From positions 2,408-66,407 of the forward strand of contig CAYYPK010000034.1 of NCBI GenBank assembly GCA_964473525.1: 64,000 bases of DNA, in the 5' to 3' direction. Shown here in pieces: positions 1-8,333 of the stretch. The DNA comes from an uncultured bacterium. GTDB taxonomy: Bacteria > Poribacteria > WGA-4E > GCA-2687025. The notes under the pieces are model-generated. The model saw only the letters and a program-made list of their open reading frames with translations. It did not search any database and was not told the DNA's origin. A program made the position numbers and the translations under genes. Position 1 is the stretch's first letter, and each line of letters starts with the position of its first letter.

Positions 1-5
1 CGACG

Positions 6-926
6 GTGTCCGGAGCCGAGTCTCCGGCGGTCTCCGCGTTTCGAGCGGAGACGGGTGACATCCTCAACGAGCGTGAGAGCCATTATCCCATGAGCGCAGC
101 TTACTTTCGCGCTGCGGCCGTGAGGGACTTGAGGCGCGCGCTCAAAGACGCTGAGGAAGGCGTCGCCAGCGTGGCGGCTCAGTCCGATCTGTATTGGCAG
201 AACATGGAAGAGGTGCTGGGGGACATCACGGCAATCGTTGGGATATCAGCCGAGGAGTTGCCGCTAACGGGCGTCTTCTTTCCCCGTTCAGATGGGTGGG
301 ACTTCGACTCGCTCCACGAGGAGATCTACGAACAGACCATTTACCCAGCGATGGAGCACCTGAACTACATTGACTTCGAGCCTGCCCTCCATCGCGCGCG
401 GTTCGTGATCGCTCAGTTGGCAAAGCTCGACGCTGAGAGGGGCCGGTTCCTGGATGCCGGGTGCGGGCCAGGCGTGCTCCTGTCGCTGATCTTACAGGCG
501 AAGGCCGAGTGGATCGGTCAGGGCATCGACATCAGCGCATCCTGCTGCGACTATGCAAGGAAGCTGGTGCAGCGGAAAGGCGTCGACGACCGCGCGCGAT
601 TAGATGTCGGGGACATCCGAGACCTGCCATACGACGATGAGGAGTTCGACCTCGTCGTCGCCGTTGAGGTGCTGGAGCACGTGCGCGACTCTGAGGTGGG
701 CATGCGTGAGTTGCTGCGCGTGCTAGAGCCGGGCGGACGGTGCATCTTGGCGCTGCCAGTGAATCTCCAAGCGCATGTGCACCTCCGCGACTTCAGCGAC
801 GTCTCTGAGGTGCTGACGTTCTACGAGCAGTTCGACATGGACATCCTGCGGTTCGAGTGCGAGGAGTTCATGCTGCGCGGCAACCCCTACATCGACACAT
901 TCGCCCTGATGAGAAAGCCGCTCTGA
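6..926 (+). CDS. Class I SAM-dependent methyltransferase
   Basis: 306-aa ORF with strong GC3 bias. Glycine-rich SAM-binding motif 'FLDAGCGPGVL', then 'GIDIS' and 'VVAVEVLEHV', as in Methyltransf_11/25-type enzymes. The start lies 5 nt from the window edge, so the true N-terminus may be upstream. Confidence 0.75.
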   Translation: MSGAESPAVSAFRAETGDILNERESHYPMSAAYFRAAAVRDLRRALKDAEEGVASVAAQSDLYWQNMEEVLGDITAIVGISAEELPLTGVFFPRSDGWDFDSLHEEIYEQTIYPAMEHLNYIDFEPALHRARFVIAQLAKLDAERGRFLDAGCGPGVLLSLILQAKAEWIGQGIDISASCCDYARKLVQRKGVDDRARLDVGDIRDLPYDDEEFDLVVAVEVLEHVRDSEVGMRELLRVLEPGGRCILALPVNLQAHVHLRDFSDVSEVLTFYEQFDMDILRFECEEFMLRGNPYIDTFALMRKPL

Positions 927-2074
927 TGCCTACCACGTTCACATACGGCCACTTCCTGACGGCGTTGGTTCTCGCGTTCTCCGCCTATGCGAGCTACACG
1001 GACATCCGGTGGGGAAAGGTCCGCAATCTATGTAGCTTCGGGCTCATTTACGTTGGATTGCTCGTGCAGCTGGTCTCACTGGTTCGGCGGGATGTGCAAC
1101 TCTCCGCCGTCCTGGGAACCGTCGTGGGGGGCGTTGCGGTCGCCATACTGCTGTATTGGATCGGCATACTCGCCGCCGGTGACGTGAAGCTGTTCTACGG
1201 CATCTGCTTGGCCTTGCCGCCGCAGCTGTTCGAATACGGGTCGAGCGGGCGCCTGTTCTCGCCCCTGGTTCTGGCCGTCAACACCTTCGTACCTTACGCG
1301 TTCTCGCTGCTAGCCGTGCTGATGTGGCGAAGCACCGCCAGGGAGAAGCTGCGCGTCGTGCTGGACGGCCTTCAACCAAAGAGGCTTGGGACACTCATCC
1401 TGACCCTCATTCTCTTCGTGGCGTTCTCGTCTCTTATGTATCCGGCGTTGCTGTGGCTAAGAGTGGTCCTGCCATTTCGCATGACGGGCTTCCCCGCGCT
1501 CATAGTCGTCATCCTGACGTTCTCCGTGCTCCGCAAGCGCGTGACGACGTGGATGCCCATGATCGCCGCCCGCCTTGGCGCACCTGGGAAGAAGGGATAC
1601 CTGTACTACCCTGTCCTGCTGCTGATGGGCCTAGGACTCTATCAGTTCGGCGTGCCATGGGACTTCCTACGGCGGCTGCTGTCCGCGGTGGCGTTCGTGT
1701 ACGTACTCGGCAGGCTGATGGAACTCGCGAGCCAAGTGCTCGACTCCGAGGTGCCGATTGACGATGTCAAGGAGGGAATGATCCTCTCGGAGCCGATCCT
1801 CGAGTACGGCACGGCGGATGGGCAGGTGCGCTACTACATCGGGATGGACCTGCCGGAGGACTCCGGCGCGGTGAGCGTGGAGGTGTTCGCGAATCCTGGC
1901 CGTCTGGGCGATGTGTCCGTCGAGCATCTGCGCGAGCTGTCCGCGGCGGGCGAGTTTGCGCCGTGTGGCGGTGTCGTGCGCATCCAACGTCCCGTGCGCT
2001 TCGCCCCCGTGCTGCTGGTCGGCGTGCTGATCACCGTTTCCTCCGGCGGATTCTTCTACCGCTGGTTCGTGTAG
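926..2074 (+). CDS. A24-family (prepilin peptidase/CpaA-like) polytopic membrane protein with C-terminal extension
   Basis: The ATG at 926 overlaps the upstream TGA (TGATG). Multiple hydrophobic helices. 'YASYTDIRWGKVRN' and 'AAGDVKLFYGI' resemble the two catalytic-Asp motifs of A24 aspartic peptidases. A ~100-aa soluble segment and a terminal TM are not typical of the family. Confidence 0.55.
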   Translation: MPTTFTYGHFLTALVLAFSAYASYTDIRWGKVRNLCSFGLIYVGLLVQLVSLVRRDVQLSAVLGTVVGGVAVAILLYWIGILAAGDVKLFYGICLALPPQLFEYGSSGRLFSPLVLAVNTFVPYAFSLLAVLMWRSTAREKLRVVLDGLQPKRLGTLILTLILFVAFSSLMYPALLWLRVVLPFRMTGFPALIVVILTFSVLRKRVTTWMPMIAARLGAPGKKGYLYYPVLLLMGLGLYQFGVPWDFLRRLLSAVAFVYVLGRLMELASQVLDSEVPIDDVKEGMILSEPILEYGTADGQVRYYIGMDLPEDSGAVSVEVFANPGRLGDVSVEHLRELSAAGEFAPCGGVVRIQRPVRFAPVLLVGVLITVSSGGFFYRWFV

Positions 2075-2103
2075 GGACCGGCCACCCGCCCTCCTAACCA
2101 GGA

Positions 2104-2122
2104 CTCCCTCTCTCAGAGGGAG
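2104..2122 (+). terminator. Stem-loop downstream of the 926..2074 CDS
   Basis: CTCCCTCT / AGAGGGAG form an 8-bp stem with a 3-nt loop, 30 nt after the stop codon. No U-tract follows. Confidence 0.35.
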
Positions 2123-2210
2123 GGTCAGGTCGGCATCGGCAAGCACACGGCGCGGCTGAGCACTACTACCCTTTGCCTGGACTGAACGATAGAACGCTAG
2201 GGAGTGAACG

Positions 2211-4127
2211 TTGAAGCGGTATCTGCTAGCCATGGTCGCGCTTACGCTGCTGGTCGTATCTCCGTTCGCCTACCAACAGTGGGCGGAGGCGAAGCGTCTC
2301 GACAGCCTCGCGGAACTGCGCGACGCCGCCCGTGAACTGGACGCAGTGTCTCCCGACGAAGCCATACGCCTGGCGCGAGGCGACAGCGCCGTCGTCATCC
2401 TCTACACCGGCGACACGCGTGGGCATCTCGAGCCTTGCGGGTGCTACTCGGGTCAGTCGGGCGGCATTCCGCGCCGCAACGCCGTCATCGCGCAGTTCCG
2501 CGACGAGGGCATTGATCCACTGATTGTGGACGCCGGAGGGCTCGCCGACGGCGACGCCGCTCTCGACATACTGCGCACCGAGACGTATGTGAGGGCGATG
2601 GGCGAGGCGGGCTACCACGCCATCGCGCTGACGGACGAAGACAGGCGGCTCGCGGGCGACTCCATCGGCGACGACGGTCGGTTCCTCGTGGCGGACGGCG
2701 CCGCCGCTCCCGACACGCGTACGACGGCGCGCATTGCGGATCGACACGTGGCTATCTTCGCCATCGACTCACAACTCGAAGGGCAGCTCACACAATCCTT
2801 AGCTTCGCTTGACGACGCCGTGGGAGCTGCGGAAGCGACGGCAGACCTCACGGTCGTGCTCGTGGATGGCCCCGTGGACGCGGTTGCTGAGTGGGCCCGT
2901 GGCAGGGACGACGTCGACGCGCTCATCTCCAGCGCCCCCGGCATCGACCGGCGCGAGGGCGACCTCGTCGTGCTGCACGCCTCGCCTAAAGGTGAGACGT
3001 TGGGCATGGCGTCCCTGTCCCTGGCTAGCTCCCACGACGTGACGGAGTACTTCGCGACGGAAATCGCCCTAAGAGAGGACGTGCACGACCACGACGCGAC
3101 CCGAGCCCTGCTCACCGAGTTCTACGAGCAGGTCGCGAGCGATCCGACGTACCACGTCGCCGCGAAGCGCCTCTTCGAGGATCAGGCCGAGGAGCAGGAT
3201 CCCGGAGCTGTGTATGCCGGCCCGGAGACGTGCAAGACGTGCCACGACGCCGAATACGACCAGTGGACGGTGACGCCGCACGCAGTGGCGTACAACACAC
3301 TGCAGACGGTGCAGCGGCACTTCCACCCGGACTGCGTCTCGTGCCACGTCACGGGATTCGGGTATGAGGAGGGGTATCGCATCGGCGACACGGAGTATCT
3401 CCAGGGCGTGGGCTGCGAGACGTGCCACGGCCCCGGGCAAGCGCACGCGGACAATCCCCAGCGCGCGAACATCCGACGCGAAGTACCGGACGCCCTCTGC
3501 GCGCAGTGCCACAACGAGGAGCACTCGCCTGGTTTCGCTGACTCCGTCCATCTGGTGCGCAAGGAAGTCGACCACAGCGAGAAGGTGGCGCCTTTAGAAG
3601 GTATCCTCCAACGACGGATGCGCGGCGCGTTGCGCACCGAAGTGGAGCTGTTTGTAATGAGCATGTGTCCCGCCGGTGTGGGCGCGGAGGACTTCCTCCT
3701 ACCCCTCGTGAAGGAGTATCGGGACGATATCGACTTCCGTCTCCACTACTTCGGCAAGGAGGACGACGAGAACGCCGAAGCCGGCACGGACTTCAAGGGA
3801 TTCAGCAGCATGCACGGCCGCCCGGAGGTGATGGAGGATGTACGGCAACTCGTCGTCGCGCGGGAATACCCGGACAGGTACATCGACTTCATCCTGTGCC
3901 GCAACAAGTCGCTCACGAAGTCGTGGGAGGACTGCGCGCGGAAGCTCGGTCTGGACGTCGCGCGCATCGCGGCCGGCGTCGATTCCGACGAGATGGTCGC
4001 CGTCTACCGCGACAACACGGCGCGCACGCACGCGCTCGAAGTCAGCGGGTCGCCTACCCTCTATATAGACGGGCGCAAGCACCCCGTGTGGGTGTTCCGC
4101 AACAAAGTCAAGGGACAGTGCCGGTAG
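2211..4127 (+). CDS. Secreted three-domain protein: metallophosphoesterase-like N-domain, tetrahaem c-type cytochrome, DsbA/thioredoxin-like C-domain
   Basis: TTG start a few nt downstream of an AGGGAG RBS. Signal peptide MKRYLLAMVALTLLVVSPFA. 'LYTGDTRGHLEPCGC' N-domain. Four CXXCH motifs (CKTCH, CVSCH, CETCH, CAQCH; nt ~3231-3515). C-terminal Trx-like fold ('FVMSMCPAG' ... 'SGSPTLYIDGRK'). Confidence 0.7.
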   Translation: MKRYLLAMVALTLLVVSPFAYQQWAEAKRLDSLAELRDAARELDAVSPDEAIRLARGDSAVVILYTGDTRGHLEPCGCYSGQSGGIPRRNAVIAQFRDEGIDPLIVDAGGLADGDAALDILRTETYVRAMGEAGYHAIALTDEDRRLAGDSIGDDGRFLVADGAAAPDTRTTARIADRHVAIFAIDSQLEGQLTQSLASLDDAVGAAEATADLTVVLVDGPVDAVAEWARGRDDVDALISSAPGIDRREGDLVVLHASPKGETLGMASLSLASSHDVTEYFATEIALREDVHDHDATRALLTEFYEQVASDPTYHVAAKRLFEDQAEEQDPGAVYAGPETCKTCHDAEYDQWTVTPHAVAYNTLQTVQRHFHPDCVSCHVTGFGYEEGYRIGDTEYLQGVGCETCHGPGQAHADNPQRANIRREVPDALCAQCHNEEHSPGFADSVHLVRKEVDHSEKVAPLEGILQRRMRGALRTEVELFVMSMCPAGVGAEDFLLPLVKEYRDDIDFRLHYFGKEDDENAEAGTDFKGFSSMHGRPEVMEDVRQLVVAREYPDRYIDFILCRNKSLTKSWEDCARKLGLDVARIAAGVDSDEMVAVYRDNTARTHALEVSGSPTLYIDGRKHPVWVFRNKVKGQCR

Positions 4128-4325
4128 CCGGCTGACAGACGGCATGTGCTTGCGCCGGCCGACCACGGCATATCGTGGCGCCGGCTCTGCGTGCACTGTA
4201 CCATGCGGAAAGGGCGCGGAGGGCTGGCGCCGCAACTGCAATAGGCGCGATACTGGTCGAAGCCAGTTGACTGACCGATGCCCGCATAGACCCGACAAGG
4301 GTCGGCCCGGCGGGAGACATGACCT

Positions 4326-5120
4326 ATGGCAACACCACGTACCTGCGTCGTATCGCTGGCCCTGTCCCTCGTCGTTGCGCTGAGCGCATCGGCAGTTCGG
4401 GAGCTTCACACCGACCAGTTCGACCGGGTGCCGCTTAGCCCAACGTGGACGTTCTTCGCCCCAGGCGGCGGCTCTTACGAGGTTCGTGATGGGTGGCTGC
4501 ACATCACGTCGCCCGGCTTCCTTGACGTCATGGCCGGGGACGAACCCTCTATGGCTCCGATGCTCCTGATAGAGCCGCCAGTTAGCGACGTGTTCACCTT
4601 CGAGACGCGGCTCCGGTTCCACAAGGACGCCCCGGGCGCGGCCGCGGGGCTCGTCGCAATACGGAAGGATCTCGAATCGCGCATGTCCCTGGAGGTCTAC
4701 ACTCGGCCGCTTGTAGGCATGGTGGTGCTGACATGGCTGGCTGGCCCCCTGCACGGCGGGGACAGCGCGCAAGTAGGTCTGGCAGGCGACACCTGGCTTC
4801 GGGCGGAGTTGCCCGCCGATATGCCTTTCACCGAACCGAGGTTCTTCTACCGGCAGGGAGGCGCGGAGGATCTCTGGATAGATGCCACGGCTCCTGACGT
4901 AGTGTTCCCATTTCGACTTCCTGCTGACATCATCAAGCCCCGGTTCCTCGCCGGCGAATACTTGATCGGCCTATTCGTCAGAGGAGGGTGGGACGAAAGA
5001 GCCGAGGACAACGAAGCGGAGGTCGCGTTCGACTACTTCCACTCGCCAGAGATGCTTGCGTTGACCGCGCATACAGGTAGCACGGCGGCCACCATCTGGG
5101 GATCGGTCAAGCACCGGTAA
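4326..5120 (+). CDS. Secreted concanavalin-like (jelly-roll) protein, tandem paralogue 1, TTWG-type C-terminal tail
   Basis: Signal peptide (..SLVVALSASA). Conserved block 'HTDQFDRxPL..WTFFAPGGGSYEVRxGWLH'. Last strand 'VAFDYFHSP'. Ends ..STAATIWGSVKHR. Roughly half to two-thirds identical by eye to the 5167..5952 product. Confidence 0.75.
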   Translation: MATPRTCVVSLALSLVVALSASAVRELHTDQFDRVPLSPTWTFFAPGGGSYEVRDGWLHITSPGFLDVMAGDEPSMAPMLLIEPPVSDVFTFETRLRFHKDAPGAAAGLVAIRKDLESRMSLEVYTRPLVGMVVLTWLAGPLHGGDSAQVGLAGDTWLRAELPADMPFTEPRFFYRQGGAEDLWIDATAPDVVFPFRLPADIIKPRFLAGEYLIGLFVRGGWDERAEDNEAEVAFDYFHSPEMLALTAHTGSTAATIWGSVKHR

Positions 5121-5166
5121 GAGCCGCCCGGTCCCGGCAGGGCCCTGCGAACAGGAGACCGAAGCA

Positions 5167-5952
5167 ATGACATTCGTCCCACGTAGCGGAATAACGCTTG
5201 CGTTGTTCCTTGCTGTTGCGCTGAGCGCGTCGGCGGCGCGGGAGCCTCACACCGACCAGTTCGATCGCCCGCCGCTCGACCGCAGTTGGACGTTCTTCGC
5301 CCCAGGTGGCGGGTCCTACGAGGTCCGCCATGGGTGGCTACACCTGGCGGCTCCCGGCCCGCTTTGGATGCTGGGAGACGAGGATTCCATGCCCCCAATG
5401 CTCCTCTTTGAGCCGCCGGCGGACGACGTATTCGCCTTCGAGACGCGACTCAAGTTCCACAGAGTCGTGCCCTTCACGTCAGCGGGTCTGGTCGTGATAC
5501 GGAAGGATCTGACGTCGCTCATGGCCTTGACATGTGTGCCCGGCCCGCGCTGGGACCGGGTGTCGCTATCGTGGCGGGATGGCGTTCCCCTTGGCGGCGG
5601 CGGCAGCGCGCAGGTCGTGGAACCCGGCGATACATGGCTCCGCCTGGAGATACCGGCTGATATGCGTGACGCCGACCCAGGATACTTCTATAAGAGGCGC
5701 GCGGAGGCCCCATGGATAGCAGCCGAGAACACGGCGAGGATCCCTCTTGCGCTCCCGGACAATATCGACCTCCGATTCCTCCCTGGCGAATACTGGATTG
5801 GGCTCTTCGTCGATGGCGGATCGGACAAACCCGGGGAAGGCAAGGAGTCGAGAGTCGCATTCGACTACTTCCACTCGCCACAGCTACAGCCGCTGGCCGT
5901 CCATGCAGGCAGCACTGCGGCCACCATCTGGGGCTCCATCAAGCAGCGGTGA
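5167..5952 (+). CDS. Secreted concanavalin-like (jelly-roll) protein, tandem paralogue 2, TTWG-type C-terminal tail
   Basis: Signal peptide (..LFLAVALSASA). Same conserved blocks as 4326..5120. Ends ..STAATIWGSIKQR. Confidence 0.75.
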   Translation: MTFVPRSGITLALFLAVALSASAAREPHTDQFDRPPLDRSWTFFAPGGGSYEVRHGWLHLAAPGPLWMLGDEDSMPPMLLFEPPADDVFAFETRLKFHRVVPFTSAGLVVIRKDLTSLMALTCVPGPRWDRVSLSWRDGVPLGGGGSAQVVEPGDTWLRLEIPADMRDADPGYFYKRRAEAPWIAAENTARIPLALPDNIDLRFLPGEYWIGLFVDGGSDKPGEGKESRVAFDYFHSPQLQPLAVHAGSTAATIWGSIKQR

Positions 5953-6573
5953 GGCGTTGCGGCGAAGGGGCTCCGCTCATCGCGTATTGTTAAGGCAACG
6001 CCAGGCGCGGATGGGGATCCGGGCGTCTGGCGAGATCGTGGCCCGCGAACAGAGGAGACGCGATGTAGGCAGGATCTACGTCGACGTGAGGGGGTGGAAC
6101 CATGCGGATCGCGATCTTCTGTCGGGCCGCCATGTCCCTGTTGGCTATGGCCGCGCGAGACAGACACACGGACACCCGGGCTAGCGTCTGCTCTATAGAT
6201 AGGACCAGACGCCAGAAAGTCTACGCGTCTGACCGATCACGCAACTGACGACAACGACCCACAACGAGTACCCGGTCGCCATACCGCTCGTGCTGTGGCG
6301 CGGGGCTCGCTGGCCTATACGCCATGCAGTCGGACGGCAAGGGCGTGCGACGGCTCTCCGATCACGCGCCGGCCTCTCGCCCTCCGCCGCCCCGGCCGAC
6401 ACCGGCGCATGGCGCGCGGCCGGAGCTTGTAAACTCGCCGCCCCTGTGTCTATACTACCAAGCGCGGGATCGCGAGCTGCCGCCTGTTCAGCATCTTGAC
6501 CGATCGACCGTTGAGCGATATAGTCTCGACGCATTTCCTGTTCCATGGGAACGACCTTGACGTGAGGTACGCA

Positions 6574-7002
6574 ATGAAGACACGCGTGTGTTCTATTGGC
6601 CTGGTGATGTTGGTCGCAGGTCTTGCCGTCCTGCAGGCGTGTGGTGGAGGTGGCGGCGACACCAGTGCTCCGCCTACGGAGATCTCCCACCCCGGTGTTA
6701 TCGTACGCATCAACTCCGACACCGACGGCAGGAAGCCGTACCTCCGTATCGACGCCGTACTACAGTACCCTGAGAATGTCGCGAGCGCGGAATCCAACCG
6801 TATGACGCGGCTGGGTGGTGGCGAAGGTAAGGCTCTGATCGGCAGGGGCCTTCTGCGCAACTTGCCCACCGCCGAGGAAATCGAATCGGACCAGCTCTTC
6901 CACCAGGATGAAGCTGCGGACGCAATCCGCGAAGTACTGGTCGAAGCAGGTTTCCCGGCGCCGTCGCAGGTCATCTTCCCCAGCTGGGTCATCCAGGGGT
7001 AG
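6574..7002 (+). CDS. Small lipoprotein consisting of an uncharacterised ~105-aa domain ending FPSWVIQG
   Basis: An internal ATG at 6574 gives MKTRVCSIGLVMLVAGLAVLQAC (lipobox LQAC) followed by a Gly-rich linker. The remaining ~105 aa are ~65% identical by eye to the C-terminus of the 42023..43192 product. Confidence 0.65.
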   Translation: MKTRVCSIGLVMLVAGLAVLQACGGGGGDTSAPPTEISHPGVIVRINSDTDGRKPYLRIDAVLQYPENVASAESNRMTRLGGGEGKALIGRGLLRNLPTAEEIESDQLFHQDEAADAIREVLVEAGFPAPSQVIFPSWVIQG

Positions 7003-7018
7003 CGGCGGCATCCCAAGC

Positions 7019-7408
7019 TCAGGTGCGTGGGACGTGGCGGACGAACAGGCTCCACTTGGGCTTTACCAGCCGGTCGCCATCGTCGGCGACATCCCACACG
7101 CGACGCGGAATCTTACGCACGAACACGGCGCCCCCGTAGAACTGCTCCACCTGAGTGAGTTCTACAAGGGGGCGCTTCCGCTTCCGGCGGATCGCCCGCT
7201 CCCACGATGTATGCGCCAACCACAGCGTCGAGAAGAAGACCGCGATGCCGCAGATAGTCGTGAGTCGCTGGCCGAGGTCGGTGATGACGACCTCGCGGTA
7301 CTGCCCGAAGCGTTCGGGGTCGCCCTCTTGCAGGAAACGCAGACCCGCTCCGAACAGAAACAGCGCCCACGTCCCCACGTACGGCCCGGGCAGACTAGCA
7401 AAGCGCAT
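7019..7408 (-). CDS. Small membrane protein, unknown function
   Basis: Good GC3 bias. Start chosen at MRFASLPGPYVGTWALFLFG. Two hydrophobic segments, then a basic soluble tail. No family recognised. Confidence 0.45.
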   Translation of the reverse strand: MRFASLPGPYVGTWALFLFGAGLRFLQEGDPERFGQYREVVITDLGQRLTTICGIAVFFSTLWLAHTSWERAIRRKRKRPLVELTQVEQFYGGAVFVRKIPRRVWDVADDGDRLVKPKWSLFVRHVPRT

Positions 7409-7533
7409 GGTGACACGCCAGGATGGGTGAAGGCGCCGGGCGGCGCGTGGTGAAGAAGGTAGCCGCACAGTGCCACCGGCGCCCAATAAGTGTCAAGATG
7501 CGTAGCCGACACTAGCAGAGACAGGAGTAACAC

Positions 7534-8301
7534 ATGAAGTGGTCCCTCAACACCTACCAGACGGCCCAGGACTGGTCCCTCCGGGAGACGCTCCGCGTAG
7601 CCAAGGAGACCGGGTACGAAGGCGTCGAGTTTCTGATGGACTTCGATCAGCCACACGGCTTCGAGTGGGATACGCCGCGTGAGCAATGGAAGCCCATGAA
7701 GCTCACTATCGCAAGGACCGGACTCAAGACCACTGGCTTGACCAGTTGCCAGGTGTTCCACCACGAGGACGCCTCTGACCGCGCGCGAACCGTCGAGCGT
7801 GTGAAGCGCGTTGTCGAGATGGCGAGGTACTTCGACTGCGACCACGTGCGCGTCCTGGGAGACCGTTTCGACGACTCGAATCGCGACGATGTCGTCGGAT
7901 GGGTCACGGACGGGCTCCGCGCCCTTGGGGAGTTCGCTGCGCCGATGGATGTCACCGTCAGCATGGAAATGCACGGCTCGTTCACGGAAGCGGATGCGGC
8001 CATGTCCGTCATTGAGGGCGTCGGTCTCGACAACGTCGGCTTCGTCTTCAACAGCCAGTTCCGAGGGTGTGAGGACGGGGACATCGAGCCGCTCTTCTCG
8101 CGCGTGGCGCCGCACATTACCTCCGTGCACACGCACCAGGCGGAGAATCCCGAGCAGTTCGAGCTCTACCGCCAGATGTTCCAGTGGCTGAAGCGCATGG
8201 GCTTCGACGGCTACGTCTCGAACGAATGCGCGTACCGAGGACCAGACCCGGAGAAGGTGCTGAGCATGTATATCGCGCTGTTTAAGGCGATGGCCGCGTA
8301 G
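7534..8301 (+). CDS. Xylose isomerase-like TIM-barrel protein (sugar phosphate isomerase/epimerase family)
   Basis: 255 aa. 'AKETGYEGVEF', 'VRVLG', 'MEMHG' and 'VHTHQ' show the typical AP_endonuc_2/TIM-barrel pattern. Confidence 0.7.
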   Translation: MKWSLNTYQTAQDWSLRETLRVAKETGYEGVEFLMDFDQPHGFEWDTPREQWKPMKLTIARTGLKTTGLTSCQVFHHEDASDRARTVERVKRVVEMARYFDCDHVRVLGDRFDDSNRDDVVGWVTDGLRALGEFAAPMDVTVSMEMHGSFTEADAAMSVIEGVGLDNVGFVFNSQFRGCEDGDIEPLFSRVAPHITSVHTHQAENPEQFELYRQMFQWLKRMGFDGYVSNECAYRGPDPEKVLSMYIALFKAMAA

Positions 8302-8333
8302 GCAGGGCGTCGGACGCAGGGAAGGAAGATGTC

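Noticed and set aside
7162-8136. Long minus-strand ORF (324 aa) and the similar 8211..9338 minus ORF (375 aa)
   Set aside because: Arg/Gly/Val/His-rich, low-complexity translations lying antisense to well-supported genes (TIM-barrel isomerase 7534..8301, cupin protein 8334..9470). These are typical high-GC shadow ORFs.
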